A stretch of DNA of 64,000 bases from Acidobacteria bacterium RIFCSPLOWO2_02_FULL_65_29 (GCA_001767435.1 MEKT01000174.1:36299-100298); one strand, 5' to 3'. Shown: positions 25,712 through 36,594, counted from the first letter of the stretch. Numbers and translations are program-made. Notes: a model not told the origin generated them from the sequence alone.

Positions 25712-26544
25712 GGAAGCGAACCGTTGCCTGTGAGCGTCTCGGGATGGGCCGCCGACGTCAGCCCGATGAGTTGTCGCTGAACGTCGGTGCGCAGCCGGAT
25801 GGCATCGACGTTCTGCGTGTCGGTCGGACGGACGTCATCGAGCGCCGTGAGCGCCTCGTGCAGATGGCCGCTCGCGGCCAACGCGCGGGCCCGCGCCAGC
25901 GCGGTCTCGCCTCGCCGCGGAATCGGCAGGCGGCCGTCCCCGGCCGTGGCCATCGCCGGCGCCGGCGGAAGAGGCGGCTCCAGCCCGACGAGCGATCGCC
26001 AGTTGACCGGATCGGTTCCCACGAGGAACACGCCGGCGGCCCCGGCGAGGCCGATGAACGCGACGACGAGCAGGAGACCCGCCCCGCTCGCGCGCGCGCC
26101 GTCCTGGCGTCGCGGCAATCGGCCCGGGGATGCGACGACCGCCGCCCGCGGCGCGACGGGGACGGCCTCGAGTCGGCTCAGACGACCAAGCACAGCCAGC
26201 GCCTCGTCGGAGGGCGCCCCCTGATTCATCGCGGCCCGCAGCAGGCGGCGGGCTTCGTCGCCCTGGCCGCGATTGAAGGCGGCGAGCCCGTTCTGCAGGA
26301 GCTCTTCGGATTCTCGCTGTTGCTCGGCAATCGCGCTGCGCGCGCGCTCGATGTAGGCGCGGGCTCTCGCGTGGCTGCGGTCGATGAAGAGCGCGCGCGT
26401 CCACACGGCGATCGCCTGCTCGTATTTCGCGGCGAAATAATGATCCAGGCCGACAAGCAGCAACTGCTCGATTTTCGCGTCGCGATCGGCCTCGAGCCCG
26501 GAATCGAGAGCGAGCGGCGCGTCAGTCCGCAAAGGATCAGACAT
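25708..26544 (-). CDS. hypothetical TPR-like protein with a central TM segment
   Basis: ORF 25708..26544, forming an ATGA overlap with the RDD gene. It has helical repeats (YFAAKYEQAIAVWTRALFIDRSHARARAYIERA) and a TM segment (LLLVVAFIGLAGAAGVFLV). Confidence 0.65.
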   Translation of the reverse strand: MSDPLRTDAPLALDSGLEADRDAKIEQLLLVGLDHYFAAKYEQAIAVWTRALFIDRSHARARAYIERARSAIAEQQRESEELLQNGLAAFNRGQGDEARRLLRAAMNQGAPSDEALAVLGRLSRLEAVPVAPRAAVVASPGRLPRRQDGARASGAGLLLVVAFIGLAGAAGVFLVGTDPVNWRSLVGLEPPLPPAPAMATAGDGRLPIPRRGETALARARALAASGHLHEALTALDDVRPTDTQNVDAIRLRTDVQRQLIGLTSAAHPETLTGNGSLP

Positions 26545-26569
26545 GCATCAAGGTGACGAGGACGGACCG

Positions 26570-26598
26570 ATTATAGTACTCGCGGATCGGCAATTCAA
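26570..26598 (-). promoter_or_regulatory. sigma-70-type promoter TTGAAT-N17-TATAAT for the TPR-like/RDD/pgpA... operon
   Basis: On the minus strand TTGAAT occupies 26598-26593 and TATAAT 26575-26570. The start codon at 26544 lies 25 nt downstream of the -10 box. Confidence 0.55.
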
Positions 26599-26815
26599 CG
26601 GTCAATTTGACGAGTCCCCCAGGCCAGAAATCTGGACGCTGAACTGTTGAGATCTGAGCTCCAACGCTGAACGCTGAGAGCTTGTGAAAGAATCACCACA
26701 TCGGCCAGATCCGTGCGCCGACATTGCTCGAACGTGCCCGGAAACGTTGTCGCGCTTGTTGGCACGCGTTGTGTACCGGGGCGACCTGTTCACGGGCCCT
26801 GAGCTCTGAGATTTC

Positions 26816-27724
26816 ATGTCTCTGATCGAATGCGTCCCCAACGTCAGCGAGGGCCGCCGGAGTGCGGTTGTCGAGCTCGCCGCTCTCACCCTTCGCGCCG
26901 TGGGCGGCGTGACCCTCCTCGACTGCTCGGCAGACGCCGCGCACAACCGGTCCGTCTACACGTTTGTCGGTGAGCCGGGGCCCATCGAGCTCGCCGTGCT
27001 GGCCCTCTTCGAGCTCGCCGTCAGCGCCATCGACCTCAGGACCCACCGCGGCGAGCATCCGCGGATCGGCGCCGTCGACGTCGTGCCCTTCGTTCCGCTT
27101 CAGAGCGCGACGATGGCCGAGTGCGTGGGCCTGGCGGAGCGCGTGGGGTCTCTCGTCGCGGATCGCTTTCAGGTGCCGGTCTACCTATACGAGGAGGCCG
27201 CGCGCACACCGTCTCGCAGGGATTTGGCCGAGATCCGACGCGGCGGGTTCGAAGGCCTGGCGGTCCGGATGAGAGAAGGCTTCATGCCCGACTTCGGTCC
27301 GCCAGCGCCCCACCCGACCGCCGGCGCCTCGGCCGTGGGCGCGCGCCGGCCGCTCATCGCGTTCAACGTCAACTTGGACACCGACCGGATCGACGTCGCG
27401 ACGGCCGTCGCCCGTGCTGTGCGCGAGCGCGGCGGTGGGCTGAGGTGGGTCAAGGCGCTCGGCGTCCGTCTGCCGAATCGCGGCATCGTCCAGGTGTCGA
27501 TGAACCTGACCAACTACGAGGGAACGCCCATCGATCGCGCGTTCGACGCCGTACGGCGAGAGACGAGTCGTTACGGTGTGGACGTCCTCGAGAGCGAGAT
27601 CGTCGGGCTGGCACCGTCAGCCGCGCTGACGGAGGAAACGGCGAACGCGGTGCGGCTGCGGGGCAGGTGGACGGAGAAGATTCTCGAGAACAGGATCGCT
27701 TCACTGCGCACCCGAGCACCCTAG
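26816..27724 (+). CDS. ftcD: glutamate formimidoyltransferase (FtcD N-terminal type)
   Basis: ORF 26816..27724, with MSLIECVPNVSEGRR...DADHNRSV.T-like AAHNRSVYTF and HPRIGAVDVVPFVP. Confidence 0.85.
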   Translation: MSLIECVPNVSEGRRSAVVELAALTLRAVGGVTLLDCSADAAHNRSVYTFVGEPGPIELAVLALFELAVSAIDLRTHRGEHPRIGAVDVVPFVPLQSATMAECVGLAERVGSLVADRFQVPVYLYEEAARTPSRRDLAEIRRGGFEGLAVRMREGFMPDFGPPAPHPTAGASAVGARRPLIAFNVNLDTDRIDVATAVARAVRERGGGLRWVKALGVRLPNRGIVQVSMNLTNYEGTPIDRAFDAVRRETSRYGVDVLESEIVGLAPSAALTEETANAVRLRGRWTEKILENRIASLRTRAP

Positions 27725-29109
27725 ACGGCCTCCTCTTCTTCCGCCCGCCTCGACGGCGCGATGCCGAAGGCCCGCATCTTCCGATAGAGGTTGCTGCGCT
27801 CCACGCCCAGGACCTCCGCCGTGCGCGACATGTTGCCCTGCTGCTCGGCGAGCGTCCGCAGGATCAGATCGCGCTCGAAGCGATCGCGAGCTTCGTGCAG
27901 CGTCAAGCGGTCGGCCGAGGGCACGACGGCATCGGGGCGCGGGGCGTCGGCCTGACGCAGAAAGGCGAGGTCGGCCACCGAGATGCACTCGCCCGGCACC
28001 ATGATCATCAGCCGTTCGATGACGTTGCGCAGCTCGCGCACATTGCCGGGCCAGGGGTAGCGCTGCAGCATGGACGTGGCAGCGGGGGCGAATTGTTTTA
28101 GGCGCCGGCCGTCTTCGCGTGCGAGCTCGGCCATGAAATGATCGGCCAGGAGCGGAATATCCTCCTGCCGCTCGCGCAGCGGCGGCACGAAGATGGGGAT
28201 CACGTTCAGACGGAAGTACAGATCCTCGCGGAACTGGCCGGTCTTGATGGCCTGCTGGAGGTCCTTGTTGGTCGCCGCCAGCACGCGCGCGTCCACTTTG
28301 ATGCGCGCGGTCCCGCCGACGGCCTCCATGGTCTGCTCTTGGAGGACGCGCAGCACCTTGGCCTGCGTCTTCAGGCTCATGTCGGCGATTTCGTCGAGGA
28401 AGATGGTTCCGCCATCAGCCACCTCGAACTTGCCGCGGCGATCGGCCACAGCGCCCGTGAACGCGCCGCGGACGTGGCCAAAGAGCTCGCTTTCGATCAG
28501 CTCCTCCGGAATCGCCGCGCAGTTCACTTCCACGAACGCATTCGATCGGCGCCGGCTCAACGCGTGGACCGTGCGGGCCACGAGCTCCTTCCCAGTGCCG
28601 TTCTCGCCGTAAATCAGCACACGGCCGTTGGTCGGCGCCGCCATGGCCACCTGCTCGCGCAGCTGGCGCATCGCGTAGCTCTCGCCCACCATCATCTGCG
28701 TGCGATCGACGCGGGCTCTGAGCGCCTGGTTCTCGGCTTCGAGGCGCCGCTGCCTGAGGGCATTGCGCACGACGAGCACGGTCTTGTCGAGCGACAGCGG
28801 CTTTTCCACGAAGTCGAACGCGCCCATCTTGATCGCCCGCACCGCGGACTCGATGTTGCCGTGACCGGAAATCAGCACGACCTGGGTATCGACCTGCCGT
28901 TCCCGGAGGCGGGCCAGCGTCGCCAGGCCGTCCATCCCTGGCAGCCAGACGTCGAGCACGATGAGATCGACCGGCCCACGGGTCACCCGTTCGAGGCACG
29001 CCTCGCCACTGGCCACGGCCTCGACGTTGTAGCCCTCGTCCTTCAGGACGCCGCTGAGCGAGCTGCGCACGCCGGGCTCGTCATCGACAATCAGGATGGT
29101 TGGCTTCAT
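27721..29109 (-). CDS. ntrX: sigma-54-dependent response regulator (NtrC family, NtrX-like)
   Basis: ORF 27721..29109. It has a receiver domain (ILIVDDE...DLIVLDVWLPGMDG) and an AAA+ domain (GENGTGKELVAR, ESELFGHVRGAFTGA). The C-terminus is a Fis-type HTH (GNMSRTAEVLGVERSNLYRKM). Confidence 0.85.
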   Translation of the reverse strand: MKPTILIVDDEPGVRSSLSGVLKDEGYNVEAVASGEACLERVTRGPVDLIVLDVWLPGMDGLATLARLRERQVDTQVVLISGHGNIESAVRAIKMGAFDFVEKPLSLDKTVLVVRNALRQRRLEAENQALRARVDRTQMMVGESYAMRQLREQVAMAAPTNGRVLIYGENGTGKELVARTVHALSRRRSNAFVEVNCAAIPEELIESELFGHVRGAFTGAVADRRGKFEVADGGTIFLDEIADMSLKTQAKVLRVLQEQTMEAVGGTARIKVDARVLAATNKDLQQAIKTGQFREDLYFRLNVIPIFVPPLRERQEDIPLLADHFMAELAREDGRRLKQFAPAATSMLQRYPWPGNVRELRNVIERLMIMVPGECISVADLAFLRQADAPRPDAVVPSADRLTLHEARDRFERDLILRTLAEQQGNMSRTAEVLGVERSNLYRKMRAFGIAPSRRAEEEEAV

Positions 29110-29125
29110 GGATCGTCACGCGCCA

Positions 29126-29191
29126 GTTGACAGTTGACCCTCACAGTCGACAGGTGCTCACGCTGTTGACTGTCAACTGTGGACTGTCGAC
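29126..29191. repeat. inverted arrays of heptamers GTYGACA x4 / TGTNRAC x4
   Basis: The left arm reads GTTGACA GTTGACC CTCACA GTCGACA and the right arm TGTTGAC TGTCAAC TGTGGAC TGTCGAC. Located in the ntrY-ntrX spacer. Confidence 0.9.
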
Positions 29192-29209
29192 TCGCCGTGA
29201 AGCCGCCGG

Positions 29210-31477
29210 TCAGCATGGCAACTCAATTGTAAATCGCGTACCCCTTGGTGTGTTGTCGCCGACCTCGATCGAGCCGCCGTGCTCCGCGATGATCCGGCGG
29301 ACGATTGCCAGCCCGAGACCGCTGCCCCGCCGCTTGGTCGAGTAGTAGGGCAGAAAGAGCTTTTCCCGCTCGGCGGCTGGAATGCCCGGACCATCGTCAG
29401 CCACGACGATGCGAACGACGTTGTTCGGCTGGTCGCGGGCGGTCTCGACCACAATGCGGCCGCGGCGCTCCATGGCCTCGATGGCGTTGTCCACGAGGTT
29501 GATGATCACACGGCGGATCTGCCCGGCGTCGAGGCGGACGAGCGGCACGTCGCCGGCGAACCGGTGCTCGATCGTCACGTCGGTGCAGATGCCGTTGTAG
29601 AGCGCCAGGCTTTCTCCGATCAGCTGATGGAGATCGGTCGGCGCCGCCTTTGGCGACGGCATCCGCGCGAACTGCGAGAACTCGTCCACCAGGCCTTTGA
29701 GCGATTCGACCTCGCCCACAATCGTGCTCGTGCACTCGTCCACCAGCGCCCGGGCGCCAGAGGGCGCGGTGGCAAAATGCCGCCGCAACCGTTCGGCCGA
29801 CAACTGAATCGGCGTCAGGGGGTTCTTGATCTCGTGCGCGAGGCGCCGCGCCACCTCGCGCCACGCGGCGACCTTCTGCGTGCGAATGAGCGGCGTCACG
29901 TCGTCGAGCACGATCACCAGGCCCTCGGGCGTGCCGCTCTCGCGGACGAGCGCCGTGGCCGCCGCCGCCAGGTGCAGTTCCTGGCCGTCCCGCTCGAGCG
30001 CGATCTCTTGAGCCGCGGGCTCCGAGCTGGCTCGGCCCGCGCCGGCCAGCCAGGCCCCAATCGGTTGCAGGTCGGGACGCTCGAAGACCGCGCGCGCCGG
30101 CTGCCCGACCGCGCGTCGATCGAGTCCGAGCAGCCGCGCCGCCGCGCTATTGATCGTCGTAATCGCCCCCGAAGAATCCATCGACACGACGCCCGTGGTG
30201 ATGCGCTCCAGAATCGTCTCGATATACCGCCGCCGGCCTTCGACTTCCAGATGCTTCCGCTCGAGCTCGATGGTCGACCGATCGACCTTCCGACGGCTGC
30301 TCGCGAGCTCGCCCGCCATCGTATTGAATGCCTCGGTCAGCGCGCCGAACTCGTCGCGGCTCTGAGGCTCGATGCGCTGGTCGAGTCGCCCGGCGCCGAT
30401 CTCGCGCGCCGCGGCCGCCAGCATCTGGACCGGGCGCGTGATGCGCTTGGCGAAGTACGACCCCATCCACGTCGCGCCAAACAGCATCAGCAGCGTGACC
30501 ATGAGAAAGATAGACAGGTACAAGCCCGTCATCGGCTGCTTCAGCACGCGGAGCTGGTTGTAGCTCTCGAACGCCTGCGTCAGGCGACGCGAGCGCGCCG
30601 CGAGATCGCCGGTCAGATAGTCGGTCGCCACCACCACACCCGTCGTTCGGTCATCCTGGTCCCGGACGACGGCCGCCGCATGCAGAAAGTCGCCCGCCGC
30701 GCCCAGCGCCTCGATGGACCGCGTCTCGAGCGATCCGCCGAGCGCCTGGTCCGCGAGACGATCGGCGGCCGCCCGGCTGTATCCCGGGGGCAGATCGGAC
30801 GCCGCCACGTCGAAGACGGGCTGCAGCCGTGCCAAGGCGCCGAGACGGTAGACCGCCACCATCTTCACGCGTTCGTCGGTCACGAGCGGCGCCAGCAGCG
30901 CCCGCAGGGGCGCCACGTCCTGGCTGGCAAGGTCCACGCCGGCCAGCAACCGCGCGATCCGCGCGGCGTTGTCGTCGATTGCCATCTGCCGCTCGTGGTA
31001 GTAGTCGGCGGCAATTTGGTTCGCGCCGGCCAGAATCTCGTCCATGGGCGCGTTGAACCACCGGTCGATGCTACTGAGAATCAGCTGGCTGCCCACGGCG
31101 AGCACAACCAGCGTCGGCACGAGCGTCATGACGAGCAGGAGCGCCACGAGCTTGGCGCGGAAGCGCGCGAACGGCAGGCCGCGGCGCCGCTCGACAACGA
31201 GCTTGACGATGTTGCGCGCGAGCACGAAGACGAGCGCCAACAACATCGTCAGGTCGGCGGCCGACAGCCCATAGAGCACGAATTCGGTCAGAAAGTCCGG
31301 CGAGAAGCTGGGGGTCCGGTTGGCCAGTAGAAGAATGGCGACGAGCACGGCCGTCAGCACGACAACGGCTGCGAGAAGGAGGGGCGTGTTATCGCGGAAC
31401 GGACGCCTGGCAGGCGGCGGCGCTGGCGCCGGCCGACTGGCGCGTCGCGGCGTGATCGGCGTGACCGTCGCAGGCAT
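29210..31477 (-). CDS. ntrY: sensor histidine kinase (NtrY-like: multi-TM, HAMP, PAS, HisKA, HATPase)
   Basis: ORF 29210..31477, with H-box LAHEIKNPLTPIQLSAERL, N-box INLVDNAIEAM and G-boxes DDGPGI and GSGLGLAIV. Confidence 0.8.
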   Translation of the reverse strand: MPATVTPITPRRASRPAPAPPPARRPFRDNTPLLLAAVVVLTAVLVAILLLANRTPSFSPDFLTEFVLYGLSAADLTMLLALVFVLARNIVKLVVERRRGLPFARFRAKLVALLLVMTLVPTLVVLAVGSQLILSSIDRWFNAPMDEILAGANQIAADYYHERQMAIDDNAARIARLLAGVDLASQDVAPLRALLAPLVTDERVKMVAVYRLGALARLQPVFDVAASDLPPGYSRAAADRLADQALGGSLETRSIEALGAAGDFLHAAAVVRDQDDRTTGVVVATDYLTGDLAARSRRLTQAFESYNQLRVLKQPMTGLYLSIFLMVTLLMLFGATWMGSYFAKRITRPVQMLAAAAREIGAGRLDQRIEPQSRDEFGALTEAFNTMAGELASSRRKVDRSTIELERKHLEVEGRRRYIETILERITTGVVSMDSSGAITTINSAAARLLGLDRRAVGQPARAVFERPDLQPIGAWLAGAGRASSEPAAQEIALERDGQELHLAAAATALVRESGTPEGLVIVLDDVTPLIRTQKVAAWREVARRLAHEIKNPLTPIQLSAERLRRHFATAPSGARALVDECTSTIVGEVESLKGLVDEFSQFARMPSPKAAPTDLHQLIGESLALYNGICTDVTIEHRFAGDVPLVRLDAGQIRRVIINLVDNAIEAMERRGRIVVETARDQPNNVVRIVVADDGPGIPAAEREKLFLPYYSTKRRGSGLGLAIVRRIIAEHGGSIEVGDNTPRGTRFTIELPC

Positions 31478-31502
31478 GCCTAGCCCCAGCCTCTACCAGT
31501 CG

Positions 31503-31961
31503 TCATTCCTTGGCGTTCAGCAGACCCTCGAGCTCGCTCATGAACTCGCCGATGTCTCGGAAGTGCCGATACACCGAGGCGAAACGGACGTACGCCACCT
31601 TGTCGAGTTTCTTCAGTTCTTCCATGACGAAGGCGCCGATGTCGGCCGTGGCGATCTCTTTCTCGGGCCGCTCCTGCAGCGAGGCTTCCACGCGATCGGC
31701 CACGCCTTCGAGCGCCGCCACGCTCACCGGGCGCTTCTCGCAGGCTTTGAGCAGCCCTCCCACGAGCTTCTGTCGATCGAACCGCTCGCGCGTCCCGTCT
31801 TTCTTGACGACCATGTACGGGATTTCATCAATCCGTTCATAGCTCGTGAAGCGCTTGCCGCACTCGAGACACTCGCGACGCCGCCGGATGACCTCGCCCT
31901 CTTTGCTTTCCCGCGAATCGACGACCTTGTCGCCAAGGTGCGCGCAGTAGGGACACTTCAT
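31503..31961 (-). CDS. nrdR: transcriptional repressor NrdR
   Basis: ORF 31503..31961. The sequence [42 protein letters not shown] (zinc ribbon) is followed by an ATP-cone. Confidence 0.95.
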   Translation of the reverse strand: MKCPYCAHLGDKVVDSRESKEGEVIRRRRECLECGKRFTSYERIDEIPYMVVKKDGTRERFDRQKLVGGLLKACEKRPVSVAALEGVADRVEASLQERPEKEIATADIGAFVMEELKKLDKVAYVRFASVYRHFRDIGEFMSELEGLLNAKE

Positions 31962-31964
31962 GGG

Positions 31965-32993
31965 TCAGGCCGGACGCCCGGGATCGGCCTGATCGGCGAG
32001 CTGGCGCATGCCCGCGAGATTCAATCCTTCCTGCCCGGCAAACAGCAAACCGAGGAGCAGCGCCGGCCCGATCGACAGCGCGTGCAGCACGATGGCCGAC
32101 CCGACGGCCGCCGTGTTCGACACGCCGAAGAACATCGTCAAGCCGAGGCGGAACATCTCGTGGAACCCGCCGACCGCGCCAGGCGTCGGCACGGCGACGC
32201 CAATGACCAGGAGCGCCATCAGCAGAAACGATCCCGTGAACGGCACGGGCAGGCGAAACGCCATCGTGACGGCCCAGATACCCAAGCCGATGCACAGCCA
32301 CAGAGGAAATGACCAGACGAGCGCCCCAAGCAGGCGGCTCGGCCGGCGGATCGCGCCGAGGCCAGTGGCAAATTTCTCGCCGATGCGGCCGAGGAGTCCC
32401 GCAAGAGCCGACGGCAACACCTGCCCGAGCCGAGTGAGCGTCTGGCCGAGGCGGGCCGGATCCTTGGCCAGGAAGAAGAGCACCGCCAGCGCCGAGAAGG
32501 AAACGGCGGCTGCGGTGGCCCCGGCCCATTTGACGGCGGTGAATGCCACCTGATTCGAGGCGTCCAGATCCCGGCCGAAGATCAAGACGTACGAGGCCAG
32601 GAGCACGAGCACGGCGACGGTGTCGAGCAGGCGCTCGAGCACGATTGTAGCGAACGCACCGGTGGCGCTCATGCGCTCGTGCCGGGCGAGGAAATATGGG
32701 CGAATGACCTCGCCAGCCCGCGCTGGTAGAACACTGCTGGCCGCAAAGCCGACGGCCGTGGCGCGAAACGCGTTTGCAAACGACGTGTGACCCAGCGGTT
32801 CGAGCAAGTACTGCCAACGCCAGGCTCGAATCGCCAGGTTGATGAACATGGTGACCAGCGAAAGCGCGAGCCAGTCGGGGCGAGCGCGCATGATTTCTCC
32901 GGCCACGCCCCGCACGTCGACCTTATAGAGGAAGACGCCCAGCAGTGCGAAGGCCAGCGCCAGCACGACGATCGTACGAAAATGTGATCGCAT
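31965..32993 (-). CDS. UPF0104 / lysylphosphatidylglycerol-synthase-TM-like flippase-like membrane protein
   Basis: ORF 31965..32993, multi-TM, with NLAIRAWRWQYLLEPLG...AGEVIRPYFLA as the family-typical block. Confidence 0.75.
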   Translation of the reverse strand: MRSHFRTIVVLALAFALLGVFLYKVDVRGVAGEIMRARPDWLALSLVTMFINLAIRAWRWQYLLEPLGHTSFANAFRATAVGFAASSVLPARAGEVIRPYFLARHERMSATGAFATIVLERLLDTVAVLVLLASYVLIFGRDLDASNQVAFTAVKWAGATAAAVSFSALAVLFFLAKDPARLGQTLTRLGQVLPSALAGLLGRIGEKFATGLGAIRRPSRLLGALVWSFPLWLCIGLGIWAVTMAFRLPVPFTGSFLLMALLVIGVAVPTPGAVGGFHEMFRLGLTMFFGVSNTAAVGSAIVLHALSIGPALLLGLLFAGQEGLNLAGMRQLADQADPGRPA

Positions 32994-33065
32994 CCCCGGC
33001 GGTCTCTACTATAACGCCCTACCGGCCTCCCTGCCGCCCTGCCGCTATATCGCTGTATGTTGTTG

Positions 33066-33094
33066 TTGTCTGCGCGCGGCATCCCCTGTAAGAT
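33066..33094 (+). promoter_or_regulatory. candidate purC promoter TTGTCT-N17-TAAGAT
   Basis: TTGTCT at 33066-33071 and TAAGAT at 33089-33094. GAGGA at 33110-33114 lies 6 nt before TTG 33121. Confidence 0.4.
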
Positions 33095-33120
33095 GCCAGC
33101 CTTCCGCGCGAGGAAACCCG

Positions 33121-34038
33121 TTGCAGCTCGCCGTTCCAGTCCTGCACACCACGATCGCCCGCCACGGGCCGTCTCGACACGGCAAGGTCCGCGACATCTA
33201 TGAGTTCGGCGATCGCCTGTTGATCGTCGCCACCGATCGCATTTCGGCCTTCGACTACGTGCTCGGATCGGGCATTCCCGACAAAGGCAAGGTGCTGACC
33301 CAGATCTCGACGTTCTGGTTCGAGCGCACGACGAGGATCGTGGCGAACCACGTGCTCTCCACCGATCCCCGCGAGTACCCCGAGGAGGCTCGCCCCGACG
33401 CCGACATGCTCGCCGGGCGGTCGATGCTCGTGCGGCGGACCGCTCCGCTGCCGATCGAGTGCGTGGCGCGCGGCTACCTGTCGGGATCTGGCTGGAAAGA
33501 CTACGCGGCGACCGGAGCGGTGTGCGGCATCCGCCTCCCCGCCGGCCTCTGCGAGTCGGACCGGCTGCCCTCGCCCATCTTCACCCCGGCCACCAAGGCA
33601 GAGAGCGGCCACGATCTCAACATCGGCGAGGCGGAAGCGGGGCGTCTCGTGGGTCCATCGGTCCTCGCGCGAGCGCGCGCGCTCACGCTGCAGTTGTACG
33701 CCGAGGGCGCCGCGCACGCCGAATCGCGAGGCATCATCGTGGCCGACACGAAGTTCGAGTTCGGGTTGCTCCCCGACGACGGACGGCCCGACGAGCATCG
33801 CCTGATCGTGATCGACGAAATGCTGACGCCGGACTCGTCGCGGTTCTGGCCTCGGGACTCGTATCGGCCAGGGCGGCCGCAGCCGAGCTTCGACAAGCAA
33901 TTCGTGCGCGACTACCTCGAAGCCATCAAGTGGAACAAGCAGCCGCCCGTACCGTCGCTGCCCGACGAGGTCGTGGCGAAGACACGCGAGAAATACGTCG
34001 AAGCGTTCCGCCGGCTCACCGGCCGGGAGCTGGCATGA
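33121..34038 (+). CDS. purC: phosphoribosylaminoimidazole-succinocarboxamide synthase
   Basis: ORF 33121..34038 (TTG start, with GAGGA 6 nt upstream). Motifs are GKVRDIYEFGDRLLIVATDRISAFD and ADTKFEFG. Confidence 0.9.
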   Translation: MQLAVPVLHTTIARHGPSRHGKVRDIYEFGDRLLIVATDRISAFDYVLGSGIPDKGKVLTQISTFWFERTTRIVANHVLSTDPREYPEEARPDADMLAGRSMLVRRTAPLPIECVARGYLSGSGWKDYAATGAVCGIRLPAGLCESDRLPSPIFTPATKAESGHDLNIGEAEAGRLVGPSVLARARALTLQLYAEGAAHAESRGIIVADTKFEFGLLPDDGRPDEHRLIVIDEMLTPDSSRFWPRDSYRPGRPQPSFDKQFVRDYLEAIKWNKQPPVPSLPDEVVAKTREKYVEAFRRLTGRELA

Positions 34039-34250
34039 TAAGTGAGAAAATCGAGCGCCTCGTGGAGGAGATGGTCGACAAGGACGTCCAGTTCGAGGAC
34101 GCCGTCCGCGAATTCGAGAAGCGATTCATCAGCCGGGTGCTCGGGCGCTGCGACGGCAGCCTGACGAAGACCGCCGACGCACTCGGCATGCACCGCAACA
34201 CCCTGGCACGCAAGATGGGGGATTACAAGATCAGGAAACGGGCGGGCTAG
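34035..34250 (+). CDS. small Fis-type helix-turn-helix DNA-binding protein (71 aa)
   Basis: ATG 34035 overlaps the purC stop (ATGA), and the gene is in frame with the 3' end of track ORF 33459..34250. MISEKIERLVEEMV...FEKRFISRVLGRCDGSLTKTADALGMHRNTLARKM is an HTH_8 pattern. Confidence 0.7.
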   Translation: MISEKIERLVEEMVDKDVQFEDAVREFEKRFISRVLGRCDGSLTKTADALGMHRNTLARKMGDYKIRKRAG

Positions 34251-34256
34251 GCAGAG

Positions 34257-34283
34257 TTGGCACTCAGCCCTTGACACTGCCAA
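34257..34283. promoter_or_regulatory. second, degenerate CIRCE-like inverted repeat overlapping the -35 box
   Basis: TTGGCACTC-AGCCCTTGA-CACTGCCAA. The left arm matches CIRCE at 8/9 positions, the right arm at 6/9, and the spacer is 9 nt. Confidence 0.35.
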
Positions 34284-34298
34284 CCACCCAACTATAAT
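34271..34298 (+). promoter_or_regulatory. sigma-70-type promoter of groESL: TTGACA-N16-TATAAT
   Basis: TTGACA at 34271-34276 and TATAAT at 34293-34298 are both perfect consensus hexamers. They lie 85 nt upstream of the groES ATG and are immediately followed by CIRCE. Confidence 0.75.
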
Positions 34299-34324
34299 TA
34301 GCAGTCGCCCATGGTGAGTGCTAG
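34298..34324. promoter_or_regulatory. CIRCE operator (HrcA binding site)
   Basis: TTAGCAGTC-GCCCATGGT-GAGTGCTAG compared with the consensus TTAGCACTC-N9-GAGTGCTAA: 16 of 18 arm positions match. The position between the -10 box and groES is the expected one. Confidence 0.8.
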
Positions 34325-34382
34325 CTCGCCTGGGTCAGCCCGAAAGGCTCAATACAACCTCACGACAGACGGAGTAGACAGC

Positions 34383-34685
34383 ATGAACGTCAGACCGCTG
34401 CACGACCGAATCATTGTCAGGCGCATCGAGGAAGGCGAACAGAAGATCGGCGGCATCATCATCCCCGACTCGGCGAAGGAGAAGCCGCAGCAGGGGAAGG
34501 TCATCGCGGCCGGCAACGGCAAGACCAAAGACGACGGCAAGCGGACGCCGCTCGACGTCAAGGCCGGCGACCTCATCCTGTTCGGGAAGTACTCGGGACA
34601 GGAGATCAAGCTTGACGGCGAAGAGTACCTCATCATGCGTGAGGACGAAGTGCTCGCCGTCATCGAAGACAAGAAGAAGAAATAA
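34383..34685 (+). CDS. groES: co-chaperonin GroES
   Basis: ORF 34311..34685 trimmed to ATG 34383 (GGAG 8 nt upstream): [44 protein letters not shown]. Confidence 0.95.
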   Translation: MNVRPLHDRIIVRRIEEGEQKIGGIIIPDSAKEKPQQGKVIAAGNGKTKDDGKRTPLDVKAGDLILFGKYSGQEIKLDGEEYLIMREDEVLAVIEDKKKK

Positions 34686-34693
34686 CCATTCGG

Positions 34694-36454
<1,761 letters not shown>

Positions 36455-36481
36455 AAAGAAGTTAGAAGTCAAGACATAGCA

Positions 36482-36524
36482 AACGAGCCCGGACGCGATC
36501 GCGTGCCGGGCTCGTTCGTTTTTT
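36482..36524 (+). terminator. rho-independent terminator of groESL
   Basis: A perfect 11-bp stem pairs AACGAGCCCGG (36482-36492) with CCGGGCTCGTT (36506-36516). The loop region is itself palindromic, and the stem is followed by CGTTTTTT. Confidence 0.85.
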
Positions 36525-36594
36525 CCTGCCCAGCCTGCTCGGCCCGCCCCGCCTGCCCTGAGCGAGCGGAGCGAGTCGAGGGCCTGCCCTCCGA

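Noticed and set aside
26759-26774. TTGGCACGCGTTGTGT upstream of ftcD as a sigma-54 promoter, given the adjacent NtrC-family regulator. TTGGCACTCAGCCCTTGAC at 34257 was considered for the same reason.
   Set aside because: The GG-N10-GC spacing rule is not met: TTGT or TTGA is displaced by 2 nt and there is no GC at -12. The 34257 site is better explained as a degenerate CIRCE arm.
27721-27724. Convergent gene pairs sharing a palindromic CTAG as both stop codons: ftcD/ntrX here, and tatA/rnr at 39612-39615.
   Set aside because: This is a neat coincidence of TAG stops on both strands. Two occurrences are not enough to argue for function.
33078-33097. Hairpin GGCATC-N8-GATGCC upstream of purC, considered as a purine or ZTP riboswitch.
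   Set aside because: It is far too short, no conserved riboswitch cores are visible, and it simply overlaps the putative -10 box.
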